A stretch of 32,000 bases of DNA from Akkermansia muciniphila ATCC BAA-835 (GTDB taxonomy: Bacteria; Verrucomicrobiota; Verrucomicrobiia; Verrucomicrobiales; Akkermansiaceae): positions 480,001 through 512,000 of the forward strand of contig NC_010655.1 in NCBI RefSeq assembly GCF_000020225.1, given 5' to 3'. Below the pieces are notes generated by a model. It was not told where the DNA came from and did not search any database. It saw nothing but the letters and a program-made list of their open reading frames with translations. Every line of letters begins with the position of its first letter. Within the stretch, counting starts at the first letter, position 1. Of this stretch, positions 16,854-25,831 are shown one piece after another. A program made the position numbers and the translations under genes.

Positions 16854-17105
16854 ATGCGTGAAGTTACCGTAAGAAAAGGTGAACCTATCGACCGCGCTCT
16901 CAAGCGCCTCAAAACAAAACTGGATGTTGAAGGCATTCTGGATGAAATGCGCCGCCGCCGCGCCTTTGAAACCCCGATGGACGAACGCCGCCGCAAGGCC
17001 CGTTCCGCCAGCAAGCGCAACAAGGTAAAATGGCGTTACAGCAACAAGAGCGAAGAAACCGCTTCCGAAACTGCTGAAACACCCGCTTCCGCTCCTGAAG
17101 CTTAA
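16854..17105 (+). CDS. rpsU: 30S ribosomal protein S21 with a Ser/Glu/Ala-rich C-terminal tail
   Basis: MREVTVRKGEPIDRALKRLKTKLDVEGILDEMRRRRAFETP...RRRKAR is a canonical S21 sequence. The track start at 16812 is non-ATG, so I use the ATG at 16854. Confidence 0.9.
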   Translation: MREVTVRKGEPIDRALKRLKTKLDVEGILDEMRRRRAFETPMDERRRKARSASKRNKVKWRYSNKSEETASETAETPASAPEA

Positions 17106-17144
17106 AACAGTATTGGTTCGGGAATAAGAACCCAATTTCCATGA

Positions 17145-17176
17145 GGGCAACCCTTTCTCAAGGATTGCCCTTTTTG
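17145..17176 (+). terminator. Rho-independent terminator after rpsU
   Basis: GGGCAACCCT-ttctca-AGGATTGCCC is a 10-bp stem with one mismatch, followed by TTTTTG. It lies 40 nt after the rpsU stop and ends 14 nt before the hemL ATG. Confidence 0.55.
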
Positions 17177-17189
17177 CTTCCCTCTGCAC

Positions 17190-18470
17190 ATGAATCAGTC
17201 AGCCCAGCTCTTCTCCCGCGCGCGCTCCGTTATCCCCGGCGGAGTCAACTCCCCCGTCAGGGCCTTCCGCAATGTGGACGGGGACCCCTTCTTTGTTCAA
17301 TCCGCCAAAGGAGCCTACATCACGGATGCGGACGGGCGCCAGCTTATTGACTACATAGGCACATGGGGCCCGGCCATTCTGGGCCACGCTCCGCAACCCG
17401 TTCTGGACGCAGTACATGCCGCCGTGGACAGGGGGCTGGGCTATGGAATTCCTGCGCCGGCGGAAGTGGATATGGCGGAAATGATCACGGACATGGTTCC
17501 CTCCGTGGAAAAAGTGCGCATGGTCAACTCCGGAACGGAAGCAACCATGTCCGCCATCAGGCTGGCTCGAGGCTATACCGGACGCCGTAAAATCATTAAA
17601 TTCATCGGCTGCTACCACGGCCATGTAGACTCCCTTCTGGTGGCGGCGGGTTCCGGAGCGCTCACCTTCGGAGAACCGGACAGCGCGGGCGTGCCCAGGG
17701 AAATGACGCAGCTCACCCTCACCGTGCCCTACAATGACCGGGAAGCAGTAAAAAAAGCCTTTGAACTCCATGGAAGCGACATTGCCGCCGTCATCCTGGA
17801 ACCCTTTCCTGCCAATGCCGGGCTCTACTTTCCGCAAAACGACTTCCTTCACTTCCTGCGGGAAATAACGCTCCGCCACGACACCCTTCTCATCTTTGAT
17901 GAAGTCATGACGGGCTTCCGGGTCGCTCCCGGAGGCGTGCAGCAGCTTTACGGCATCACTCCAGACCTTACCTGCATGGGCAAAGTCATCGGCGGAGGCC
18001 TCCCCGTGGGAGCTTTTGGCGGCCGTTCGGAAATCATGGACTGCCTTTCTCCGCTTGGCCCCGTGTATCAGGCGGGAACCCTGTCCGGCAATCCCGTTGC
18101 CATGGCGGCGGGATTGGCCCAGCTCCGGGAACTCCTGAAAGGGAACGCCTATGAACGCCTGGAACAGCTCGGAGCACGCATGGAAGAAGGCATCCGCGAA
18201 GCCCTCAAAAAACACGGCAGAAATTACACCTTCCACCGTGCGGGCTCCATGTTCTGCCTCTTCTTCACGGAAGAGGAAGTCTATAATCTGGAATCCGCGC
18301 AAAAAGCTTCCAAAAAACTCTTCAAATCCTTCTTCTGGAACATGCTGGAACAAGGCGTCTACTTCGCGCCTTCCCCGTACGAAACGGGCTTTATCTCTAC
18401 AGCCCATACGGAAGAAGACATTGACCGCACGGTGGAAGCTGTCCGCATCAGTCTCTCCAGGCTGGGTTGA
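17190..18470 (+). CDS. hemL: Glutamate-1-semialdehyde 2,1-aminomutase
   Basis: 426 aa with IPGGVNSPVRAF at the N-terminus, the class-III aminotransferase fold and the PLP-lysine block CMGKVIGGGLPVGAFGG. Confidence 0.93.
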   Translation: MNQSAQLFSRARSVIPGGVNSPVRAFRNVDGDPFFVQSAKGAYITDADGRQLIDYIGTWGPAILGHAPQPVLDAVHAAVDRGLGYGIPAPAEVDMAEMITDMVPSVEKVRMVNSGTEATMSAIRLARGYTGRRKIIKFIGCYHGHVDSLLVAAGSGALTFGEPDSAGVPREMTQLTLTVPYNDREAVKKAFELHGSDIAAVILEPFPANAGLYFPQNDFLHFLREITLRHDTLLIFDEVMTGFRVAPGGVQQLYGITPDLTCMGKVIGGGLPVGAFGGRSEIMDCLSPLGPVYQAGTLSGNPVAMAAGLAQLRELLKGNAYERLEQLGARMEEGIREALKKHGRNYTFHRAGSMFCLFFTEEEVYNLESAQKASKKLFKSFFWNMLEQGVYFAPSPYETGFISTAHTEEDIDRTVEAVRISLSRLG

Positions 18471-18522
18471 CATGCCCCTGATTTGAAGTGACAGCTCACG
18501 GCCCTTCCCCTATAAGGACTTC

Positions 18523-19581
18523 ATGAGACAAATGACAGGAACCATGCTGCTTCTGTCCTCAGCAGTCGTTATGGCCGCTCCCTGGGCGCATGCGGAGGAA
18601 AAGACAATCCAGCTCACGGAAGCGGAACAACAGGAAATCAAGACGGCAAACGAAAAGCTGCTGGGCCTTACCCTCCGTTTCCTGCATGACTCATGGCCGC
18701 TGGAAATCATGTTTCCCGGAGAAGTGCAGGAGGAATTCCACTCCATTCTTCAATGCCATCAGATGCTGGAGCAATTCCGCCAAACCGGCAACCTCCTGCT
18801 CCAGACGCCGGACCGTACCACGCCTCTGCACCTCTGCATTGCCCTGGGATTAAACCGGCTGGCCGTCCGGATGGTAGAAGCGGGCGCTCCCGTCAATGCT
18901 CAATCCATTTTCATGCATGACGGCACAAAAGAGCCGGGAGACACCCCCCTTACCTGGGCGTGCCTCTCAGGCCTTTATATGAATTCCACCGCGGAAGAAA
19001 GGCTGCCGCTGGTGCACGCCCTGCTCAAACACGGCGCCGAGCCGGATCAGCCGGGGCCTTGGGGCGTCACCCCGTTCATGTATTCCGCCGCCCTCAATGA
19101 CTCCGATCCGGGTCAGGAAAAAATAGCGCTGGCGCTCCTGGACGCCGGCTCCCCGGATCTCAAGCGCAGAATGAACGCTCAGGCGCGCGGAGTCGGCTTC
19201 CTCAGTCTGTCCCCCGCCATTTACGAACGGCTCATCAAAGCCGGCTGCGATGTTAACGAACGCTTTTTTGAAAGCAAGCAATCACCCCTCCACCTGGTCT
19301 GCACCAAGGAAAAACCGGCGGAACGCCTCATTCCTCTCATTGAACTTCTCATCAACGCGGGAGCGGATCCCAACCAGCCGGACGTGGATGGCCTGACTCC
19401 GCTGATGGCCTGCAACTCTCCGGAAATAGCCGTTTGCCTCATGAATCACGGCGCCAATCCCTCTCTCCGCAACGATGACGGCCAGACAGCCTATGACTTC
19501 CATATGAAAAACGGGTATCCCCCCATTGCGGAAGCCATCAAGCACTGGCAGTCCAAGCAGAAAAAAGGGGAAACCCGCTAA
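18523..19581 (+). CDS. Secreted ankyrin-repeat protein
   Basis: Signal peptide MRQMTGTMLLLSSAVVMAAPWAHA/EE. Several ANK-like units are present: TPLHLCIALGLNRLAVRMVEAGAPVNA, SPLHLVC...LIELLINAGADPNQPDVDGLTPLMAC...CLMNHGANPSLRNDDGQTAYD. Confidence 0.8.
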   Translation: MRQMTGTMLLLSSAVVMAAPWAHAEEKTIQLTEAEQQEIKTANEKLLGLTLRFLHDSWPLEIMFPGEVQEEFHSILQCHQMLEQFRQTGNLLLQTPDRTTPLHLCIALGLNRLAVRMVEAGAPVNAQSIFMHDGTKEPGDTPLTWACLSGLYMNSTAEERLPLVHALLKHGAEPDQPGPWGVTPFMYSAALNDSDPGQEKIALALLDAGSPDLKRRMNAQARGVGFLSLSPAIYERLIKAGCDVNERFFESKQSPLHLVCTKEKPAERLIPLIELLINAGADPNQPDVDGLTPLMACNSPEIAVCLMNHGANPSLRNDDGQTAYDFHMKNGYPPIAEAIKHWQSKQKKGETR

Positions 19582-19741
19582 ATAGCGGACGCCATCGCAG
19601 GCTTTGCAGCCCTCCTTCTCCCACTGGTGCGGGAAAGAAAAGCGGATACCGTCACGGCCCGGGAACAGGCGGCCGGAACCCTCTCCCCGGAACAGCCGTG
19701 CTTCCGAAGCCATGCAGGCAGCCCACCCTGTTTCCTGTTAT

Positions 19742-19775
19742 AAAAAAGCCGCTTCCCCAATTCAGGGGAAGCGGC
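19742..19775 (-). terminator. Rho-independent terminator after the MFS transporter gene (convergent junction)
   Basis: Perfect 11-bp stem GCCGCTTCCCC / GGGGAAGCGGC (19748..19758 and 19765..19775) with loop AATTCA. On the minus strand it is followed by TTTTTT (19742..19747). It lies 25 nt from the stop at 19800. Confidence 0.7.
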
Positions 19776-19799
19776 CTTGAAAACCACAGGAAGAAAGAA

Positions 19800-21761
19800 T
19801 TATTCCTCCGCTTCTATGCCTTCGCCGATCATCTTGGGATCTTCCGGCATCTTGCCTGTTGTGAAGTAACCTTCAATTTCCTCCAGGGAACGTCCCTTGG
19901 TTTCAGGCAGGAAGAAGGTCACCGTAATGAAATACAGCACCGTAATGCCGCCCAGCGTAAAGAACACGCCGGAATAACCGCAGCTGCCCACCCACGGGAG
20001 GAAGGAACCGGCGATAACCGTAGAAACCAGCTGGTTGATCAACAGAGCAATCGCCATACCGTTGGAGCGGATGCGGGCTGGCATCAGCTCGGACAGTGCC
20101 AGCCAGACGCATACGCCGGGGCCGGTGGCATAAAAAGCAATGAAGATAATGAAGAACGCAGTCACGCCCCAGCCCATGGAGGTATCCGGCTTTTCGCCCA
20201 ATTCCGCCTTCAGAATGGAAACGGGCTTCATGGCATAGCCGTCCTTGCCGTTCACCACCATTTTATTGGTGGAATCCGGAACGGCCTTGATCACGGCCAG
20301 GGAAGCCCTGTCCTCTTCCTTCTTGATATCCTTGGTATCCTTGGTCAGTTCGGAAAACTCTACGACGGAAAGCTGGGTGGAAGACCCCATCAGGAACTGG
20401 TACCAGGCGGGATTGGCTTCCGGCTGGTCATAGGTGATGATGAGCTGCATCCTGTTGATATCCTTGTCGGCCATGCCGTTCTTGGCAAGAAGATTCCTGA
20501 TGAAGGGGGAATCCGGAGTGCGTTCCAATTGAAGCGTTCGGATGGAACCCACATCCTTGCCCTGTTCAAACTCCTTCTGGACGGAAGGGCTCTGGGCGGC
20601 CAGCAGGGCAGCCACATCCGCAGTCACATCCTTGCGGGCTTTTTCCACATTATTGAACAGGAACCCGGTGCCAAGAAGGCCGACCACGATGCCGGCCGTT
20701 CCGATTTTAAGCAGGAACTTGCGGCCCTTGCGGTCCACCAGCACCATGGCGACAATAGTCATCAAGCAGTTCACGACCTTGATGGTAAAGTCTGCCCAGT
20801 TGGCGGTGGTGCCTTCCAAGCCTGCCTGCTGGAATACCTTCACGGAATAATTCAGCACGGAATTAATGCCCGTAGCCTGCGTAAACGCCAGAACGAGCAC
20901 CGCCAGAACAAAGGGATAGATATACTTGCGCTGAAGAAGGGACTCGCCGGAAGAACTCTGCTTTTTGAGTTCCTCCGCCTTCTGCTTCTCTTCCTCTTCA
21001 ATATGGACCATTTCATCAAACACTTCCTTGGCGCGGGCATCCCCGTAACTGCGCACCAGCACAGCCATGGCTTCATCCTTGCGGCCGCGGCGGAACAGGT
21101 AGCGGGGAGATTCGCTCAAACGGAAGGAACCGAAAAACAGGAACAGGCCGGGAATGGCGCAAACCCAGAAAATAGCCTGCCAGGCCAGAACCTTGGCGGA
21201 AGTCAGCGATTCTTCGCTCGCGCCGGAATTCTCGACGCCGCCCACATAACTGGCGGCAAGCAAACCGACGACGGCGGCAAACACCAGGCCCACCGTCAGC
21301 AGGAACTGGAACATTCCCGTTCCCTTGCCGCGGGACTCGGCGCTCAGGCACTCGGCCAGATACAGCGGAACGACCACGCCCACAATACCGGCGCTGGCGC
21401 CCTGAAGAATACGGCCCAGCAACATAATGCCGAATACTTCCTGGGACAGGCAGATCACGGGGATGCTCGCCGTGAACAAGGCTGCGGCCACGGTAATCAA
21501 CGCCTTGCGTCCCATCTTGTCGGCCAGATAGCCCGCAAACAGAGAAGAAAGAACGCTGCCGAACAGCACGGCGGCCACCACCTGGGAAAGCTGGGAGGGA
21601 TTAAAACCGGCCGTCTGCTCAATGTAGGGAAGCGCGGCAGCAATCACGCCAACGTCCACACCGTAGAGCAGGCCGCCCAAACCGGCCATGATGAGGAGAT
21701 AGCGCATATATCGCCTGGCCGCATCCGGAACGGCGGCTTTCATGTTTTCTTGGTCTGTCAT
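19800..21761 (-). CDS. MFS sugar-porter family transporter with a roughly 160-aa insertion in the TM9-TM10 loop
   Basis: Sugar-porter signatures GYLADKMGRK, SESPRYL, LVDRKGRK and LPETKGRSLEEIE, with 12 predicted TM helices. It is 653 aa versus about 450-500 for typical members. The extra hydrophilic segment is residues about 370-529. Confidence 0.88.
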   Translation of the reverse strand: MTDQENMKAAVPDAARRYMRYLLIMAGLGGLLYGVDVGVIAAALPYIEQTAGFNPSQLSQVVAAVLFGSVLSSLFAGYLADKMGRKALITVAAALFTASIPVICLSQEVFGIMLLGRILQGASAGIVGVVVPLYLAECLSAESRGKGTGMFQFLLTVGLVFAAVVGLLAASYVGGVENSGASEESLTSAKVLAWQAIFWVCAIPGLFLFFGSFRLSESPRYLFRRGRKDEAMAVLVRSYGDARAKEVFDEMVHIEEEEKQKAEELKKQSSSGESLLQRKYIYPFVLAVLVLAFTQATGINSVLNYSVKVFQQAGLEGTTANWADFTIKVVNCLMTIVAMVLVDRKGRKFLLKIGTAGIVVGLLGTGFLFNNVEKARKDVTADVAALLAAQSPSVQKEFEQGKDVGSIRTLQLERTPDSPFIRNLLAKNGMADKDINRMQLIITYDQPEANPAWYQFLMGSSTQLSVVEFSELTKDTKDIKKEEDRASLAVIKAVPDSTNKMVVNGKDGYAMKPVSILKAELGEKPDTSMGWGVTAFFIIFIAFYATGPGVCVWLALSELMPARIRSNGMAIALLINQLVSTVIAGSFLPWVGSCGYSGVFFTLGGITVLYFITVTFFLPETKGRSLEEIEGYFTTGKMPEDPKMIGEGIEAEE

Positions 21762-22095
21762 GGTCGTTGCATTCTAGTAAATTGGCTCTTCTCCGCAACC
21801 AAAAAAAGACGCTTCCCGGGCAAAAACAAATTTCCTCCCCGGAAATGCGTTCAAATGATGAAAATATCGCAAAAGAAACAAGTAACAAACTGTCCGGGAA
21901 CAGGAAATCATTTGGACACCTCTGCAGAAAAGCCCTCATGCATCCCCCGGTTCCGAAAAACAGCCATGGGAAAATTCCGGAGCCGCACTTCAATTACCGT
22001 AACAATCCCCGTAAACCGTCCGGGAAAAAAACTCCCCTTCCGTATTGAAGCCAGAAAAACAGCGCGATGCGCCATCACGGAAACGGAAGCCGCCC

Positions 22096-23793
22096 TTACC
22101 GGCCTCCTTTGGCGGAAGAATCTATCCCAAGCCGCTTTTCAATCAGGTTCACAGACAACTCCGCGCACAGGCGCAATTCGTTATCGGCGTCATGAGTGAA
22201 AGCCTTAAGCGCGGACAGGGAAGCTTCCGAACCGATTTCCCCAAGAATTCGGGCGGCGGAACGTTTCAACACAAAATCGTCCGACTCATTCAGCGAACGG
22301 ATGATATCAGCTTCTCCCGTTGGGCCGGCAGCCTTGCATTCGTCCTCCCACTTCTGGGGATCCTTTTTCCATTCCTCCAGAAGCAACGCCAAACTTCTCT
22401 TTTCCGAACCATGCAGTAAAAACCTGATCAGAGACGCCGGGATTTCGCAATCCGCCTTCTTCAGCTCCGTAGCCACGTAATCAACCACGCGCTGAGCCTC
22501 CTCATGATCCGGTTCTGCCCATACCACAAGGGCCGAAGCCAACGCGGTCACATATTCCGCATCACGCCCCCACGGTTCCCGGAGAAGCTCCACCAGCCTG
22601 GAAGAAACCTCACCCCGCATCTTATCCGGATTTACAGCCGACAAACGTTTTGCGGCGGCAATAACGCGGCGGATGTCCAGACAGGACAGCTCCTTCAAAT
22701 TGGCCAGCACGAAATACTGGTGGCGCTCATCCTGCAACGCGGCGGAAGCGGGCCGCGCTTCAAACCTGTCCCGGTTCAGAATCACTTCCACAAAAAAACG
22801 CTCCTTATCCTGCAGGGACACCTTCCCCATCTTGCCCGCAACCTCTACAAATTCCTTAAACGTAATGGGAGTGGGAGTAATAACGAACAGCCCGCCGCCC
22901 GTTCCCTTGCGGTCATAAAAAATAGGTTCGTCCTCGGACTGGGTCATCCTCTTCAAATACGCCTTTACCATATCCCGGTTGGCTGCATTCACCCCAACCA
23001 CCCATACGCCCAGAACCCCCTGGGATTCCTTGCGGTCAATAGCGGAAAACAGAGGTTTCAAATCACCGGCCCCATAATTCTGGACAGAAGCGTTCTTGGA
23101 GGGCAGCTGCTCCAGCCCCATGCTGGTAAAGCCGGAGACATCTTCTTCCCTGACACTCCCCTCTTCATGCCCCCCGAGCAGGGAGGGATTCACCTTGACC
23201 GGATACACGAAAGGCAGGGAAGCAATCCCCCCTGCAACCAGCAAACCCAGCAAAATGAAAACAATCTTGTGCCTGCGTCCGGCACAGGCCATCAAGCCTC
23301 CGGCAAGACAGGCAAAAAACAGGGCAAACGCCTTCTGCTGGGGCTGCTGCAGCATGGAAAGGAAAAAGGTCCCATCCATCTCGGAAGAAGCATTGTAAAA
23401 AATCCAGACGCAGCCGGCGGCAACAGCCAGGGACGCGCAAAGGCACACCAATTGGATCAGCCCCGTTTCCACCAGGGCGCTCTGAATGGCTTCCCTTCTG
23501 TCTTTGGGGGAATGGACGGAAACGGCTTTCTTTGCTTTGGCAAAAGGTTTCTTAGGAATCAGTTTTTCCCTGTCGCAAAGAAACTCATGCCCGCATTTGC
23601 TGCAATTCACCATAGAGCCCTCCGCGGAAGAAGGCACATTGATATGTCGTTTGCACTGTGGACAATTCAGATTCACCGGGCTCCAATATGCACGTTTTTC
23701 ATTCTTTTGCAATACCTGTCTTCCCAACTTTCCTCTTACCATGTACCCCGCGAAAATTGGCAAGAAACTTCCATCGGCTCTTATTTCCATCAT
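22096..23793 (-). CDS. Hypothetical membrane protein: N-terminal CXXC zinc ribbon, about 3 TM helices, C-terminal HEAT-like repeats
   Basis: 565 aa, starting ATGATG. CPQCKRHINVPSSAEGSMVNCSKCGHEF is a CxxC-17-CxxC ribbon of MJ0042 type (from memory). Hydrophobic helices include LIQLVCLCASLAVAAGCVWIFY, AFALFFACLAGGLMACAG and IVFILLGLLVAGGIASLPFVY. The C-terminus (RSAARILGEIGSEASLSALKAFTHDADNELRLCA) resembles PBS-lyase/HEAT repeats. Confidence 0.75.
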   Translation of the reverse strand: MMEIRADGSFLPIFAGYMVRGKLGRQVLQKNEKRAYWSPVNLNCPQCKRHINVPSSAEGSMVNCSKCGHEFLCDREKLIPKKPFAKAKKAVSVHSPKDRREAIQSALVETGLIQLVCLCASLAVAAGCVWIFYNASSEMDGTFFLSMLQQPQQKAFALFFACLAGGLMACAGRRHKIVFILLGLLVAGGIASLPFVYPVKVNPSLLGGHEEGSVREEDVSGFTSMGLEQLPSKNASVQNYGAGDLKPLFSAIDRKESQGVLGVWVVGVNAANRDMVKAYLKRMTQSEDEPIFYDRKGTGGGLFVITPTPITFKEFVEVAGKMGKVSLQDKERFFVEVILNRDRFEARPASAALQDERHQYFVLANLKELSCLDIRRVIAAAKRLSAVNPDKMRGEVSSRLVELLREPWGRDAEYVTALASALVVWAEPDHEEAQRVVDYVATELKKADCEIPASLIRFLLHGSEKRSLALLLEEWKKDPQKWEDECKAAGPTGEADIIRSLNESDDFVLKRSAARILGEIGSEASLSALKAFTHDADNELRLCAELSVNLIEKRLGIDSSAKGGR

Positions 23794-24132
23794 TTCCCCT
23801 TTTCATTCCGACTCTCTGATTTTTTCCGAATGTTAAAACTCGCTCAAACCGCTCTCATTGAAAATAACATTTAATTGAAAACCATTCCGCAAACTTCGGA
23901 AAACAAGGTAAAGGGAAAATTCCCATCTTTCCCTGGCGGAAAGCTGGAGATTGTTTAGTCTCCCTTATCAGGGTCTCACATTTCCAAACGCACCTTGATA
24001 TAAATTATTTGAATTTTACAACACGGGCCATTGAAAAAAGATAAAAACGCTCTCCATGCTCCTCCTCCCGCCTCACGTCATTCCGAGTGAACACGCTTGC
24101 AGAAGAGGAAATTTGGTAGTAGAATTTCCGCC

Positions 24133-25812
24133 ATGTCATTGCAGCCTGCCGAACGCCGAGATTTCATCCGCGATATGATTTCTGATGACCTTGCCTCCGG
24201 CAAGCATCAGGCCCCGGTAACACGCTTTCCCCCGGAACCCAATGGGTATCTTCATATCGGACATGCCAAATCAATCTGCCTCAACTTCGGCATCGCCCAG
24301 GAATTTCCGGGTGCGCGCTGCCACCTGCGTTTTGACGACACCAACCCCAGCAAGGAAGACCAGGAATATGTGGACAGCATTCAGGAAGACATCCGCTGGC
24401 TGGGCTTTGACTGGGGCGACAACCTTTTCTTTGCCAGCAACATGTTCGACTTCTTTTACGAATGCGCCGTTTCCCTCATCCGCAAGGGATTGGCCTACGT
24501 AGACGAACAGACGGTGGAGGAAATACGCGCCCAGCGCGGCAACGTGAACGTGCCCGGACAGGAATCACCCTACCGCAACCGCTCCGTGGAAGAAAACCTG
24601 GCACGCTTCCAGGCCATGAAAAACGGGGAAATCCCGGAAGGCAGAGCCATCCTGCGGGCCAGGATAGACATGGCCTCCAGCAACATGAACATGCGGGACC
24701 CCGTGCTGTACCGCATCATGTTCGCGGAACACCACAACACGGGCAGTTCCTGGTGCATTTACCCCATGTATGACTTCGCCCACCCGCTGGAAGATGCCTA
24801 CGAACACATCACCCATTCCCTCTGCACGCTGGAATTTGAAAACCACCGCCCCCTCTATGACTGGGTCATTGAAAACTGCCCCGTCCCGGCACGCCCGCGC
24901 CAGACGGAATTCGCCCGCCTGAACCTTACCTACACCGTCATGAGCAAGCGCAAGCTGCTGCAACTGGTGCAGGAGGGACACGTCTCCGGCTGGGACGATC
25001 CACGGATGCCCACCGTCTCCGGCATGCGCCGCCGGGGCTACACTCCTGCCGCCATCCGCAACTTCTGCCACACCATAGGCATCACTAAATTCAACGGCTT
25101 CACGGATGTGGCCCTGCTGGAATACAGCGTAAGGGAAGACCTGAATGCCAACGCGCCGCGCCGCATGGCCGTGCTCAATCCCCTCAAGGTCACTATCACC
25201 ACCCTGCCGGAAAACGCGGAAGAAATGGCTGAAGTGCTGAACAATCCGGAAAAACCGGAAGAGGGCGTCCGCCGCCTCCCCATCACAAGGGAAGTCTGGA
25301 TTGAACGGGACGACTTCATGCTGGACCCTCCTAAAAAATACTTCCGTCTGGCCCCCGGCCGCACCGTACGCCTCCGGGGGGGCTACTGCATCACCTGCAC
25401 GGACTACAAGCAGGATGCGGAGGGAACTATCACGGAAATCTTCTGCGAACACATTCCCGGCACCATCGGCTCCAACCCTCCGGAAGGAATCCAGTGCCGC
25501 GCCGCCATTCACTGGGTAAGCGCCAAATACGCGGTGGACGGAGAAATCCGCATCTATGACCGCCTTTTTACGGAAGAAAACCCGGACGCTGCTGAAGAAG
25601 GGTTCCTGTCCGTCATGAATCCCTCTTCGCTGGCCGTCATCACAAACGCCAAGCTGGAACCCTCCCTGGCCGGAGCGGAACCAGAATTCCGTTGCCAGTT
25701 CGAACGTCTCGGCTACTTTGTGGCGGACCGCAGGGACCATGTACCGGGCCGTCGTCCTGTTTTCAACCGCACGGTGGCTCTCAAGGACTCCTGGGCAAAA
25801 AAACAAAAATAA
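24133..25812 (+). CDS. glnS: Glutamine--tRNA ligase
   Basis: Class I motifs PEPNGYLHIGHAKS (HIGH) and VMSKRKL (KMSKS), plus the GlnRS-type C-terminal anticodon-binding region. The track start at 24097 is a TTG, so I use the ATG at 24133. Confidence 0.92.
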   Translation: MSLQPAERRDFIRDMISDDLASGKHQAPVTRFPPEPNGYLHIGHAKSICLNFGIAQEFPGARCHLRFDDTNPSKEDQEYVDSIQEDIRWLGFDWGDNLFFASNMFDFFYECAVSLIRKGLAYVDEQTVEEIRAQRGNVNVPGQESPYRNRSVEENLARFQAMKNGEIPEGRAILRARIDMASSNMNMRDPVLYRIMFAEHHNTGSSWCIYPMYDFAHPLEDAYEHITHSLCTLEFENHRPLYDWVIENCPVPARPRQTEFARLNLTYTVMSKRKLLQLVQEGHVSGWDDPRMPTVSGMRRRGYTPAAIRNFCHTIGITKFNGFTDVALLEYSVREDLNANAPRRMAVLNPLKVTITTLPENAEEMAEVLNNPEKPEEGVRRLPITREVWIERDDFMLDPPKKYFRLAPGRTVRLRGGYCITCTDYKQDAEGTITEIFCEHIPGTIGSNPPEGIQCRAAIHWVSAKYAVDGEIRIYDRLFTEENPDAAEEGFLSVMNPSSLAVITNAKLEPSLAGAEPEFRCQFERLGYFVADRRDHVPGRRPVFNRTVALKDSWAKKQK

Positions 25813-25831
25813 CCTCTCTTCATCCCCTTTT

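Noticed and set aside
17199-18473. 424-aa minus-strand ORF
   Set aside because: It is the antisense shadow of hemL, matching its length almost exactly.
21892-22026. 9-mer GTCCGGGAA occurring twice (21892..21900 and 22018..22026) in the MFS upstream region
   Set aside because: A single 9-nt repeat within 334 nt is not far from chance by a rough estimate, and there is no symmetry or further copies.
19698-22199. 833-aa + ORF, the longest in the window
   Set aside because: It runs antisense through the whole MFS gene, the 334-nt intergenic region and into the next gene. The sequence is low-complexity and G/R/H/Q/A-rich. The MFS frame on the other strand has all family signatures.
22504-23874. 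456-aa + ORF
   Set aside because: It is antisense to the zinc-ribbon/HEAT-like protein gene. The minus frame has a coherent domain architecture (CxxC ribbon, TM helices, helical repeats), while this frame is Gln/Pro/Gly/Arg-rich junk.
25813-25831. Looked for an FMN (RFN) riboswitch ahead of ribBA
   Set aside because: Only 19 nt separate glnS and ribBA. An RFN element needs well over 100 nt, so none can be present here.
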